Translations under genes and position numbers: made by a program
Part shown: positions 17,540 to 27,319 of the stretch, one piece after another
Numbering within the stretch: the first letter of the stretch is position 1
How the letters are laid out: the number at the start of each line of letters is the position of its first letter
Origin: Aplysia californica
Taxonomy: Eukaryota
Direction: 5' to 3'
NCBI RefSeq assembly: GCF_000002075.1
Contig: NW_004798738.1
Span: forward strand, 1 to 64,000
Length of the DNA: 64,000 bases
Notes under the pieces: generated by a model
The model's input: the letters and a program-made list of their open reading frames with translations, nothing else
Told to the model about the DNA's origin: nothing
The model's database searches: none

Positions 17540-19441
17540 TTAAATCTTTAAATCAATCTTTCGTTCCTTCACTGGCTTACGTTTACGACGCTGAAACTTC
17601 TTAGGAGTGTGGGCTGGATTAACTAGCCCATCTAACTGCACTGGCTTAATCTCAGGTGACTGCTCTATGGGGGGAACATCAAAGCTAGAAGCTTCTAGTA
17701 TCTCCCGAGGGGTAGCCTCGGGCTTAACAGACACTGTTTCAACCACCCGATCCGCCCCTCGATCCACAGCCTTCTGCTTAATCAACGAGACGAATTGGCC
17801 TAGGGCAATAGTTCGAATCTGTTCATTCAGTAACCGCTGCTCCTCTCGACCGTTTGGAGAATAACCCTCTCCATCTTTTTTGGGGATAGGCAGGGGACGA
17901 CCTAAAGCAGCCTTGGGATCGAATGTTTTAATCGCGATATATTGATTCGCATCTACAAACCAGGAGCTGTAATAGTGATGGTAGTTCCGTTTGCAGCGAG
18001 ACTGACGCCGTTCAATGGCGACAATTTTAGTATTGATGCGCTTCCAGTTTTCAGAGCCAAGCTTCATATTAGACTGGACTCTTCTAAGGGCATTAATTCG
18101 CTCTTTGAAATGATCCAGTTGAGGATGTTTGATGCGAATTCCATTGGTAGTATCGGCCAAATAGTTAAACCCTAGATCGATGCCAATGGGTGTTGGTCGA
18201 GGATTGCCAGGACTAACCAGTACCCGCAAGGTGAGCTGGAGGAAAAACTTTTGGCCTCGACGAAGGATGTGAAACGAACCAGGCAGGCAGAGTTCAGGGA
18301 TGATCAGATCTATAGCTCGCTTCTCAGCTAAAGCCTGCAGCTTAGATATAGCCACCTGCTTGCTCTTGTGCTGAGAGCACCAGGCATCTACCTTTTTCAC
18401 AACCTGCTTTAAGAATCCCTTGGGGTCTTCAGGCATCTGCTGATCCGTTTGCAGCCAGCGGATTACGTTCAAAAGAGTTTGGCGCTCCTCTAGCTTCTCA
18501 TTCAGCTCTGGGTAGTCCTCTGGATGGGTGCGCATATGCTGCTCTTGTCGGGCCATCAGTTTACCCAGGCGATCGCTGAGCTTAGGGATATATTGCCAGC
18601 TCAGTCCAGGCAACTTGACTTGATCGTTCTCTAGGTCTAATTTGCACTGACCTCGAAAGGACTGGCTAGGGATGGTATTCACATGATCGCCGCGACTCTT
18701 GTAGCGCGGTCGACGAATCTCCTTACGCTTTGGGTCTAAATAATTCTCCCAGGACTTAGCCAAAACAATAGCAATATAGTCATTGATGTAGACCAGGGGA
18801 ATCGTCGCGTCCTCTAACAACTCCCAGCGCTTCTTCGCAAAAGGCTTGCGCAGATCAGTCACACCATAGGAATCAATCAAGGGATCCGTAAGCCAGTGAG
18901 ATTTGACTAGACAGCAGGCGGGGCGCAATTCAATATTGTCGACATCCCAAGACTTGCGTCGGTCAATCCGCTGCTCAATAGCCAGATCACAATACATCGC
19001 CCACTCGCCATCTGAGGCTTTAGTCACCTGTAGTGCGACTGGTGTATTGTATGTGAGTTCGTGGTGAGGAACCTGGGAATCAAAGAACCCCCATCGGTCT
19101 AGGACATCAGGGTCTGCAGGGGTACCAATCGCCCAATGCTTGGGTGCGGGCACCCGCTTATTAGATTTAGCCTCTGGTTCAGCTGGCTCCTCCGGCACAG
19201 AAGGCCGAGAGAATAAGACCTGAGGCAGCTCTAACTTAGGTGGTGGATTCAAGAACCCCCAGGCAGATAAGATGTCTGGATTTACGGGGGCCTCTTGGAT
19301 TTTCTGTAAGCGATTGGAATACTGACGCCATTCCAGTAGCGCTAAGCCTCTGTTATAGACTTGCTTGAGTATCTCCATCCAGCTGATAACCTCAGCCTTC
19401 TCTCTTGGAGAAAGCAGTAGTGGGAATTCAATTGTCTTCAT
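17540..19441 (-). CDS. TnpB-derived type V (Cas12-like, possibly C2c8/V-U2-related) effector, predicted nuclease-dead
   Basis: TnpB-like N-terminus (MKTIEF...VYNRGL); RRPRYK; RuvC-I IGIDLG; GSENWKR; RuvC-II IAIK instead of IAIE; GYSPNG...LN..I...ALGQF...IKQKA; no CxxC finger or DRD-NAA; two large insertions. Confidence 0.75.
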   Translation of the reverse strand: MKTIEFPLLLSPREKAEVISWMEILKQVYNRGLALLEWRQYSNRLQKIQEAPVNPDILSAWGFLNPPPKLELPQVLFSRPSVPEEPAEPEAKSNKRVPAPKHWAIGTPADPDVLDRWGFFDSQVPHHELTYNTPVALQVTKASDGEWAMYCDLAIEQRIDRRKSWDVDNIELRPACCLVKSHWLTDPLIDSYGVTDLRKPFAKKRWELLEDATIPLVYINDYIAIVLAKSWENYLDPKRKEIRRPRYKSRGDHVNTIPSQSFRGQCKLDLENDQVKLPGLSWQYIPKLSDRLGKLMARQEQHMRTHPEDYPELNEKLEERQTLLNVIRWLQTDQQMPEDPKGFLKQVVKKVDAWCSQHKSKQVAISKLQALAEKRAIDLIIPELCLPGSFHILRRGQKFFLQLTLRVLVSPGNPRPTPIGIDLGFNYLADTTNGIRIKHPQLDHFKERINALRRVQSNMKLGSENWKRINTKIVAIERRQSRCKRNYHHYYSSWFVDANQYIAIKTFDPKAALGRPLPIPKKDGEGYSPNGREEQRLLNEQIRTIALGQFVSLIKQKAVDRGADRVVETVSVKPEATPREILEASSFDVPPIEQSPEIKPVQLDGLVNPAHTPKKFQRRKRKPVKERKIDLKI

Positions 19442-19533
19442 GCGCCCCCAGTGTTTGAATAAATACTTTGAACATAAGGTGATATTACGGCACTATTGCG
19501 TTAGCTATCAAAAAAAATAAAGGAGCAAAAATT

Positions 19534-19785
19534 TTGACGAATAAAGCCTATTTCTTTGCGGACAAACGCACAGGCCAGGTGCGTCGCACTCCTATATACG
19601 CCAGCACTGCTAGTGCTGCTAAGCAAAAGCTGCATCGTCCCCCCGCCGACCAGGCCAGGGTGGCTAAAGTTCGCGCGGTCAAAGCTGCAGAACATCGAGC
19701 TGCGAAGGGAGGACGATGGGTTAGCTCTCGCGTAGCAACAGACTTCAATCAGTCTAGGGGGTTTGGTCCCAAGCCAGGAAGTTGA
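19534..19785 (+). CDS. Small basic hypothetical protein divergent from the effector
   Basis: AAGGAG RBS before TTG; 83 aa. Confidence 0.45.
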   Translation: MTNKAYFFADKRTGQVRRTPIYASTASAAKQKLHRPPADQARVAKVRAVKAAEHRAAKGGRWVSSRVATDFNQSRGFGPKPGS

Positions 19786-19824
19786 ATCCTGCTCCCAGTC
19801 AAAGTTTCAATGGCCTTGGTCGCC

Positions 19825-21090
19825 TTGATCCACTCCCCCGACTAAAGTACGGGGGATTCGGGACTCAAGCAGCGATTGCCGTCAGAGACGGTCTAACATC
19901 GCCTACTCCCAGAGACAGAGATCCTGCCTCTTTAATGTTGTTCGCTGCGTTACCATCACGGTCATTGACCGTCTGACAACTAGGACAGCGCCAACGCCGC
20001 ACATCTAAGGGCAACGACTCCAGTACATGCTTGCAATGGTTACAAGTCTTGCTCGACGGATACCACTGGTCTACATAACCCACAGTCTTGCCCTTTTTGC
20101 AGGCAACAAACGCTAAAATTTGCAGGAATTCACGGAAGGCTAGATCGCTGACTTTACGACCCCATAGCCGCTGCATTCCCTTTAAGTTAAGCGTCTCAAA
20201 AAATAAGTGGTCATACTGGTCTGTAAGCTGATGAGCCAGCTTCCAAAACCAGTCTGTTCGCCTGTTCTTGATGGCTTCATAAGCCCGAGCTAAATGCTTT
20301 CTAGCTCGTTCACGCCCCTTAGAACCCTTCTGCTTTTTAGAAAGGTGGCGATGGGCTAGCGCGATCTGATTAATTCCTTGCTTTAGAAACAAAGGACTCT
20401 TGATCTCAGAACCACCCGATATCGTCAGGAAAGTCTTTAATCCAAAATCAAACCCTGCGCTTTTACCTGTCATGGGTTGTTGATGTTCGTCTACGTGATC
20501 TGTGACGACGAAGATAAATATCTCGCCTAGTGGATTACGTTTGACGGTGATGGTTTTGACGTTTCCTTGGATCTCGCGACTGTTCCAGTATCGATAGATC
20601 TGCTGGCCAATCTTGATCCGACCTTTGCCAAGCAACTTATAGCTTGACTGCTTGAGGGTGAAGGATTTGTATTTGATTCGCTTCTTAAACCCAGGTGGCT
20701 TAGTGCCTCGACTATGGTACTTGAAGAACAACTGGTAGGCTCGCTCTATGCGCTGGCAGATATCCTGCATCGATTGAGAACCTACCAATTGCCAGTACGC
20801 TGAGGTCTTGCGCTTCTTGGCAATGTGCTTTTGCAGGTTGGAACAGCTTAAGTGCTGGCCATAGAGCCGATAATATCGCTTGTGCAAAGCAATACAGTGA
20901 TTCCATATGCTAGAGGCAGCATTAATCGACTGATGAAGCTTCTTACAGCGCTTATGGTTATATAGCTTGAACTTAAACGTTTTCACTTTTATACTTTATC
21001 GCGAATTAAAAGACGGCAGATAAATCTGCCCGAGTCCTTTTCATCCCTGCTCTAAAGAGACAGGGCTTTCAAGTTCCCGTATGCTCTCCC
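19825..21090 (-). mobile_element. IS1341-type (IS200/IS605 family) element, tnpB only
   Basis: Right-end hairpin ends TCAA at 19825; left-end hairpins 21013-21070; preceded by TTTAC; interrupts ORF 21052-21336. Confidence 0.8.
19865..20986 (-). CDS. tnpB: RNA-guided endonuclease TnpB (intact D-E-D and Zn finger)
   Basis: GFDFGLK, FFETLN, CNHC...CPSC, DRDGNAANNI. Confidence 0.93.
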   Translation of the reverse strand: MKTFKFKLYNHKRCKKLHQSINAASSIWNHCIALHKRYYRLYGQHLSCSNLQKHIAKKRKTSAYWQLVGSQSMQDICQRIERAYQLFFKYHSRGTKPPGFKKRIKYKSFTLKQSSYKLLGKGRIKIGQQIYRYWNSREIQGNVKTITVKRNPLGEIFIFVVTDHVDEHQQPMTGKSAGFDFGLKTFLTISGGSEIKSPLFLKQGINQIALAHRHLSKKQKGSKGRERARKHLARAYEAIKNRRTDWFWKLAHQLTDQYDHLFFETLNLKGMQRLWGRKVSDLAFREFLQILAFVACKKGKTVGYVDQWYPSSKTCNHCKHVLESLPLDVRRWRCPSCQTVNDRDGNAANNIKEAGSLSLGVGDVRPSLTAIAA

Positions 21091-21335
21091 GTAAACCTTG
21101 CCTTCCTTGATAAGCTGCGAATGAAAATGACAAACTTCGATATCGAGATGGGTCACCTTTTGCAGATAATAACTAAGCGGACAAGCCAAGGCTTGCCGAG
21201 CATGACCAACAATTTCGTTCCGGTCCTTGGTCTCTAACCACGCCAGAAATTTTTGCTTGTCTAGGTGTTCAAGCACAAGCTCTTGAGTTTGAAATAGTTG
21301 AAAATTTTCCATAGGAATTCCTCTAATTAGGTACA

Positions 21336-21363
21336 AAAAAAAAAGGCGACCTTAAGGTCGCCC
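21336..21363 (-). terminator. Intrinsic terminator
   Basis: GGCGACC-TTAA-GGTCGCC followed by a long U-tract on the minus strand. Confidence 0.65.
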
Positions 21364-21390
21364 AATGAAAGATTTGTTTGCTGGATAATT

Positions 21391-21663
21391 CTACTTTTGT
21401 GATTGAAAATAATTCCAGTTTCGATCAAGTTCCTCAACTGCTTCTGGATCTTCTTCTAGTACTTCTTGTAGTATGTTCCCCTCTAGTTTGCTGACAGAAA
21501 GATCTAGATTGAATATCAGTTTTTGCCCGCAGTCGATGCAGAGAGTTAGATCTCCAGGTCTGGGCTGAGAGACCTCTTCCTCTAGAGAGGTGACTGCATC
21601 AAGAATCTTGCCGCATGTGGGGCATTGAGAAGTTTTTGTTTTGACATACCAGTTTTCAGACAT
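21391..21663 (-). CDS. Zn-ribbon protein
   Basis: CPTCG...CIDCG. Confidence 0.6.
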   Translation of the reverse strand: MSENWYVKTKTSQCPTCGKILDAVTSLEEEVSQPRPGDLTLCIDCGQKLIFNLDLSVSKLEGNILQEVLEEDPEAVEELDRNWNYFQSQK

Positions 21664-21674
21664 TAATTAATATC

Positions 21675-22088
21675 CTATTTTTTGCTAGCAATTTTTTTAA
21701 GTGCACCTGCGATCGCATTCAAAGATTCATTGGTCTGTGTTTGGATCTCTGCCTGTTGGTTAATCCGTTGTTTGTTGTCAGCAATCAACTCCCCCTGCTT
21801 TTCCAGCAGCTCACGATTGCTACTGATAAGCTCACGATTGCTGTTGATTAGCTCAAAGGTAGAGGCGCGATCCTCAAGCAACTTGACTTGCCCACTGCGC
21901 AGCTCAACCATAGCGTCAGTGTTGTCGCGCATAAACCCAGCCACCAGCCGGGTTAGTTCAACTATGGATTGGGTTAGGTTAGCCAGCCGTTGATCGGTTT
22001 TGCGGCCTTGCTCTTGAAACTCTGAAGATGCTGCTTCAATGGCTTTAGCATTGGATTCAATTAGCTTGATCAGTTCTTTTTCAGTCAT
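21675..22088 (-). CDS. Coiled-coil protein
   Basis: Heptad repeats ELINSNR/ELISSNR. Confidence 0.55.
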   Translation of the reverse strand: MTEKELIKLIESNAKAIEAASSEFQEQGRKTDQRLANLTQSIVELTRLVAGFMRDNTDAMVELRSGQVKLLEDRASTFELINSNRELISSNRELLEKQGELIADNKQRINQQAEIQTQTNESLNAIAGALKKIASKK

Positions 22089-23018
22089 AATATTTTCAAC
22101 ACAACTTTTGATATTGTTTTAGGGCTGGGTGCACACAGCCCTTTTTGTTAATTTGATGCTGCTTCAATCGCATTCTCCCAAGCACTTTGCAACCTATTGA
22201 AAAAGTGATCTTTCCAATCATGACCAATGCTAACTGTCGTTGGCTTGCGGATTACCTTCAATCCAGGCAGTTCGTATTGCAAGCAGTCTTGAAAATCAGC
22301 CAAGAACTCATCCGAGTAATCCTCTTGTCCGATCACACATCCTTGAACTCAGACTGAACTTCAGCGCGGAACTGCTTCAACTCACCATCTAGGCGATCGA
22401 TACCTTTCTCATTGTGACGGACGTTCTCAGTGATACCTGAAACTTGGGACTCGATATTTTGTACATTGGGCATGTGGCTAGCTCCTTAGCTACAGCCTGC
22501 GGGAGGGGAATCCACGGCAGGCATTCGATCACGGGCTAGCAATCAAAGGCAAGCAAGCCCGATTGTTTTCATAACTCATATCGATGGTTCTTACCAAGGG
22601 CTGATCACAATCAGTTAGCCAGAGACAGCTAATCGTTTCATGAGGCTGAATCTTAGACCAGTTAGCCACTAACCAAAACCTGTGATTGCCCAGCGGATAC
22701 AAGGTGCAACCTAAAGTCCCAGTTGGAGAATGGTTAAGCTGCAGCTCAAAGACTAATCCAGCAATAAACTCAATCTGATCAGAGCTATTTGTAATATGCA
22801 TTTCAACGCCATAGGGCTCACAACGATAATCAATCGCTAGCTCAGCAGGGATACTCATATTAGTTACAAAAATAAAAATTGGCAAGCGAGTGATTACGGA
22901 TTTGATCTGAAAACTAGAACTTCCTCAGAAATAAAATGCTTGTAATTGTAGAGCAAAGATCCAGCTTTTGCGTAACCACCCTTGAGGCAAGCAAACATTT
23001 ACCATGTGGATTGTTTTG

Positions 23019-23381
23019 TCAATCCTTCGTTTGAAGGATAAACTGATCTTCAACCCTACCATTCTTTAGGAATTTAACCACATGAGCATAGGCACCAGTT
23101 TTCTTTTTTTGTAATTGTCTAACGACCGGCAAGAACCCTTCTACGTTGTTAATTTGAACAGCTCCCTCCACCTCTAAACTATGCCCTTCGACCACAATGA
23201 CCTCCTGAAGTCTTTGTGGATCTGGCTGTTCATAAATCTTGTATACCCAGTGTTGGGTCTGAGTTAAAGAGGAACGTCTTAAGAAATTAGGGAATGACCA
23301 GGAAGACTGCTTACCCTCAGAGGTCGAGCCAGAACCAGAGGCAAGCTGGAAGTTAAACAAAAGCTTGTTAGATAATTGCAT
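23019..23381 (-). CDS. Hypothetical protein
   Basis: 120-aa ATG ORF. Confidence 0.45.
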   Translation of the reverse strand: MQLSNKLLFNFQLASGSGSTSEGKQSSWSFPNFLRRSSLTQTQHWVYKIYEQPDPQRLQEVIVVEGHSLEVEGAVQINNVEGFLPVVRQLQKKKTGAYAHVVKFLKNGRVEDQFILQTKD

Positions 23382-23621
23382 AAGCCTAAATAATAAATAC
23401 CCTGGGCCTTCTAATTCAAGAGTATTTATTTATTTGAATCAATAAATTTTCGACTGCTTTGTTAATCCTGATCATTATATTTTATTGGCCCTATTATTAT
23501 TATTAGTTGCTCACAAGCCGTTTCCGGTGTGAACAAAATACGCTCGCTGCAATAAAATAATTACCGTTACAATTGTTAACAAAATATAAATTCGCTATGG
23601 GACCTCTGCCCATTTACCTCA

Positions 23622-24191
23622 ATGAAATTAATTATCTTGGATAAAGATGGCACTATAACGACACCTGCTAGTGGCGAAAAGTTTGTGCAGCATCCACAGG
23701 ACCAGGTGTTACTCCCTGGCGTTTATTCGGGGCTGGAGTGGTATAAGAGCAAAGGTCGATACTTGGCGATCGCCTCTAACCAGGGCGGGGTAGCTGCGGG
23801 CCATAAGACATTAGAAGAGGCTTATCAGGAGATGGCCTACTGTCGCTATCTGTGTAATCGACTCATAGATGCGACGTATTTTTGTCCAGACCTAGAAGGC
23901 AATCAGATGCATATCACCGATCAGATTGCAGAAGGATCTCGAACATGCATTGACTTAAACCAAGAGGACAAGGATAGTTCAGAGGAGAATAAGCTATCGC
24001 TTTTGAATACAAGCTACTACCGGAAGCCAGGGCCAGGAATGCTTAAGCATGCTATGCAATATTACAACGCCAGCCAAGACGAAACGCTGATGATTGGGGA
24101 TCGGCCAGAGGATTTTGCTGCAGCGGAAATGGCAGGCGTAACATTTCTCTCAGCCGACAAGTGGCGAGAAGAGCTGTTGCAGCTGAACTAG
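23622..24191 (+). CDS. HAD-IIIA phosphatase (GmhB / polynucleotide 3'-phosphatase-like)
   Basis: LDKDGT, ASNQGGV, RKPGPGM, IGDRPED. Confidence 0.88.
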   Translation: MKLIILDKDGTITTPASGEKFVQHPQDQVLLPGVYSGLEWYKSKGRYLAIASNQGGVAAGHKTLEEAYQEMAYCRYLCNRLIDATYFCPDLEGNQMHITDQIAEGSRTCIDLNQEDKDSSEENKLSLLNTSYYRKPGPGMLKHAMQYYNASQDETLMIGDRPEDFAAAEMAGVTFLSADKWREELLQLN

Positions 24192-24859
24192 AGCGACCAA
24201 GGAGTCTGATCGAAGAACTGAAACGCAATCAGAATCATAAAGTTAGCAAGACTGTAAAGGATAGCAAGGTTAAAGCACAGATGCAGAGTCTTCTCCATGT
24301 GCTCATGACGCTCAATCTTGCGGGAGGCTCGTACCATAGTGCCCTGGTGACCTTGGAGATCCCCTAGAAACACTGGACCCCGCTCCCCTTTAATAGGGAT
24401 GAGGGGTCCAGAGTCCGCCTCTGAATCTATGGGGGGATCAGTATCTCCAGAGGAAGCTTCTCCGCTAAGGGATGATGCCGATCTTAGGTTTTGCTCAAGT
24501 ACTACCTGGGTCGTCATCAAGTCCCATAGGGTCATTAAGCTATGGCTTAACACTTGCTTTCCCGCTGCTCCTAATACTAGACCTATCAGGCATGCAGCAA
24601 GGATGCCTGGATGGCTGAGCCACCCGCCTTGAAAGCCCAATGCCGCAGCTGTACTGCAAGCAAGTGAACTGGTTAAGTAATACCGCACCTGTCGATGGAG
24701 ATGCTCCGTCTGAAACTGCATCTCATTTTGAATCAACAGATACTGCTCAAAGGCTATGCTGTTCCATTCAGAGTTTTTAAACATGGATTGATCTACATAT
24801 TGATCTGACGAGAAAAAATCAGAAGGGAAAAAATCAGGGGGAATAAAGTCAGGCGGCAT
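24188..24859 (-). CDS. Membrane protein
   Basis: About three hydrophobic segments. Confidence 0.45.
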   Translation of the reverse strand: MPPDFIPPDFFPSDFFSSDQYVDQSMFKNSEWNSIAFEQYLLIQNEMQFQTEHLHRQVRYYLTSSLACSTAAALGFQGGWLSHPGILAACLIGLVLGAAGKQVLSHSLMTLWDLMTTQVVLEQNLRSASSLSGEASSGDTDPPIDSEADSGPLIPIKGERGPVFLGDLQGHQGTMVRASRKIERHEHMEKTLHLCFNLAILYSLANFMILIAFQFFDQTPWSL

Positions 24860-24866
24860 GAGCTAG

Positions 24867-25202
24867 TCAAATGATTTGACTCAAATATACCTCAAGCAAT
24901 TCTATGCCAATGTCATCATGGGCCAGCGCTTCATAGGCTCCTTCCTCGGGGCTAAAACCTTGGTCGTAGCAGTCACGACTCATCCAGTCAGCCAAGCTGT
25001 ACAGGTCAATTTGATTGCCCGTAATCATCAGGACCTGTTCATTCACTTGAGCCAACCAAGACTGAAACTCCGTATTGTCTAGGCTTGTACTCCCGTAATG
25101 CCCCTCGGTCAAATCTCCAAGTACAGAATCAGTAGGATCGGGTAAAAATTCTTGGGCAAATTCCGTGGCCGGATTAAAGCGAGAGGTTTCAAAGGATGTC
25201 AT
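24867..25202 (-). CDS. Acidic hypothetical protein
   Basis: GGAG RBS before ATG at 25202 (MTSFET). Confidence 0.5.
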   Translation of the reverse strand: MTSFETSRFNPATEFAQEFLPDPTDSVLGDLTEGHYGSTSLDNTEFQSWLAQVNEQVLMITGNQIDLYSLADWMSRDCYDQGFSPEEGAYEALAHDDIGIELLEVYLSQII

Positions 25203-25288
25203 TATAATCTCCAATATCGAAAAATACATCAACATTAAAGCCGGAGCGCAGCGAAGGCAACAGCTCCTTTCCTCTTAAAGATTAAAGC

Positions 25289-25657
25289 TTAAGCTGAGCT
25301 GATCAATTCCACTCGACCTTGGTGATCACCATAGCTACTGTGAGGAGTCTTGTTCTCAGTTACTTGATTAACGCAATTACTGTATTGGCTAAGAATCTGA
25401 TTGTACTTATCTAGCCGACGTGTCCAGCGGGCAGTCGCCTTTTCCCTTAGTTTAATTAGACGGTGCTGGTCTGTATGGTTTTCGGGTATTAAAAAGTCAT
25501 GGCCAATAATAAATTGCTGCTCTTTCTTGATTAGCTCAAAGATCAAATTGTCCGCTTCATTCACTAACAGACTATAGTCTGTTAACTGCAAGTGCCAGTA
25601 GCTAGCTAGGTCAATGGCAGTATAGATTTTGTTGTGGGGATAGTAGATGGATGACAT
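25289..25657 (-). CDS. Small helical protein (RYDRRY paralog family)
   Basis: ADNLI..L...EKATARWTRRL. Confidence 0.5.
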   Translation of the reverse strand: MSSIYYPHNKIYTAIDLASYWHLQLTDYSLLVNEADNLIFELIKKEQQFIIGHDFLIPENHTDQHRLIKLREKATARWTRRLDKYNQILSQYSNCVNQVTENKTPHSSYGDHQGRVELISSA

Positions 25658-26077
25658 TTAATTTCTCTAATAAGTTAAGTAGGTTAAGCAGGTTAAGCAG
25701 GTTAAGCAAGTTATAAACACAGTTGAAGGTAAGCAACATTACAATTAATGCTGCTCGAATAAATTTAGCAGGTTAAAATTTTTGGCCAACACTGAAGAAA
25801 TTAGCGCAAAACGTTTCAGAAATATAGACCTTTTTTAGAAAATCTCTGCCATTAATTTACAGGCTAGCAAATGATAATTCGTTTTGGTGGTTTGTAACAA
25901 CCGCAGATAACAAAAAGCCAAGGAGTCTTGCCCTTGGCTAGCTATGGAGTGTTGTTGATATTATCGCTCAAAAACAAAAAAGAGTACTAGGGATAGGGAG
26001 ACTAGCACTCTATTAGAAATCGGTTGACTGACCCATTAGTTAGGAATATGTTATCAAGGATTTCCTGTTATTTCCTC

Positions 26078-26293
26078 TTAGTTTTTTGAAGCTAGCAGAT
26101 GCAAGTGAGAGTACCGGCGATCATATCGGTCAATTGCTTTTTCTAGCAAGTGTTTTACCCGCCGTGCTTGGTGGGCCTCATTGGCATATGCTGCTTGGAA
26201 ATAGCGAACACGCAAGCTTTCTATAAGGTCATGGGCTTGGTCGGTGAGGTGGGAATACTCAGTAATTTTGTCTGTCATAAAGTTTAAACGCAA
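26078..26293 (-). CDS. Small helical protein (RYDRRY paralog family)
   Basis: AHDLIESL...EKAIDRYDRRY. Confidence 0.5.
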   Translation of the reverse strand: MRLNFMTDKITEYSHLTDQAHDLIESLRVRYFQAAYANEAHQARRVKHLLEKAIDRYDRRYSHLHLLASKN

Positions 26294-26332
26294 GAAATAA
26301 AAAATCTAAAATCAAAAATCTAAAATCTAAAA

Positions 26333-27319
26333 TTAAACTGCAGCCCCAGCCTTGAGCAACTTATCAATCAGCTGAGCCTTGAATGGTGTACGAGGCAACG
26401 TATCAATCTGTTTTTCCAGTAGCTCTAAGCCCGAGACAGGTAGCTGTCCAGGTACTTGCCCAGAGCTTAGGAGGTTTTCAGCAATGGGCTGGTCATGGTA
26501 CTGATGGATTAACCTTAGGTTTTTAGGGTCAGCTCGTCCTTCCCCTAGGCTGCCAATGGGAAAAGCTAGGAACTCTTCCGCTAGATCCCGATTAGGCTTA
26601 GCAGAAATGCTATACGCAAACCCCTCCCTAGGTCCAAGGCCATAGTAGCCTTTCATATGGCCCTGGTCTTGGGTTATACGTGCATACAACGGATCAACTC
26701 GCAACTCTTGATTAGCGGTAGGATTACCATAGAACTGGCTAGGGGTTTGACGAGAGCTCGTATTAAACCCACGGACGCCGCCTCGGGTCATGTACAGCTG
26801 CCATTTATCCTCAGGGTTATCAGCAATCCGTTTGCTTAGAGCATCATGGACATCTCCCAGGTGCTGAATCTGTACTGAGTCTTGCATCTTGTGGGCGACA
26901 TCAGGCCAGTCCCAGTCTGCCATCGGAGTTTTAGCGAAAGAAACATACTCAATCGGTCGCTTACCCCGTGCTGATTCAATCTTGTAAACAACTTCTGGAT
27001 CTGGATAGCTCAGGTACTGACCCGTCTGTTTGTAATTTTGGTTATAGGTATCCATTAATTGCTGAGCGTCCTCAGCCGTTAGCTTTGAGTTACGCAAATA
27101 GAAATCAATTCGATCTCCTTGGCCAAATTTTGGATCGATAGTGCCGCGATCGCGGTGTTCCATTTGCGAGCTAGATGCGTAGGGTACCGACTCATCCGTA
27201 ATGGTCACCTGTTTTACCTGGGCTTTTGGTAGCCCCTTAGGAATCTGTTGCTGCTTTTTCTGCAGGGGAACTGGCTTGGGTCGAGCAAATCGTTTAAGCA
27301 TGATTAAAGTTCGGTACAT
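26333..27319 (-). CDS. Hypothetical protein, possibly virion-associated
   Basis: 328 aa; N-terminal KQQQIPKGLP resembles KQIPPGLP of 42445-44796. Confidence 0.55.
   Translation of the reverse strand: MYRTLIMLKRFARPKPVPLQKKQQQIPKGLPKAQVKQVTITDESVPYASSSQMEHRDRGTIDPKFGQGDRIDFYLRNSKLTAEDAQQLMDTYNQNYKQTGQYLSYPDPEVVYKIESARGKRPIEYVSFAKTPMADWDWPDVAHKMQDSVQIQHLGDVHDALSKRIADNPEDKWQLYMTRGGVRGFNTSSRQTPSQFYGNPTANQELRVDPLYARITQDQGHMKGYYGLGPREGFAYSISAKPNRDLAEEFLAFPIGSLGEGRADPKNLRLIHQYHDQPIAENLLSSGQVPGQLPVSGLELLEKQIDTLPRTPFKAQLIDKLLKAGAAV

Noticed and set aside
17540-19441. Cas12k / CAST assignment (similar size, inactive RuvC, cyanobacterial host)
   Set aside because: The N-terminus is TnpB-like rather than Cas12k-like, and no tnsB, tnsC, tniQ or Tn7-like ends are visible in the window.
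19865-20986. Intact TnpB as the array's effector
   Set aside because: It has its own IS ends and interrupts another ORF, so it is an ordinary IS passenger.
25672-25713. AGGTTAAGC tandem repeats as replication iterons
   Set aside because: Only 3-4 short copies and no adjacent rep gene.
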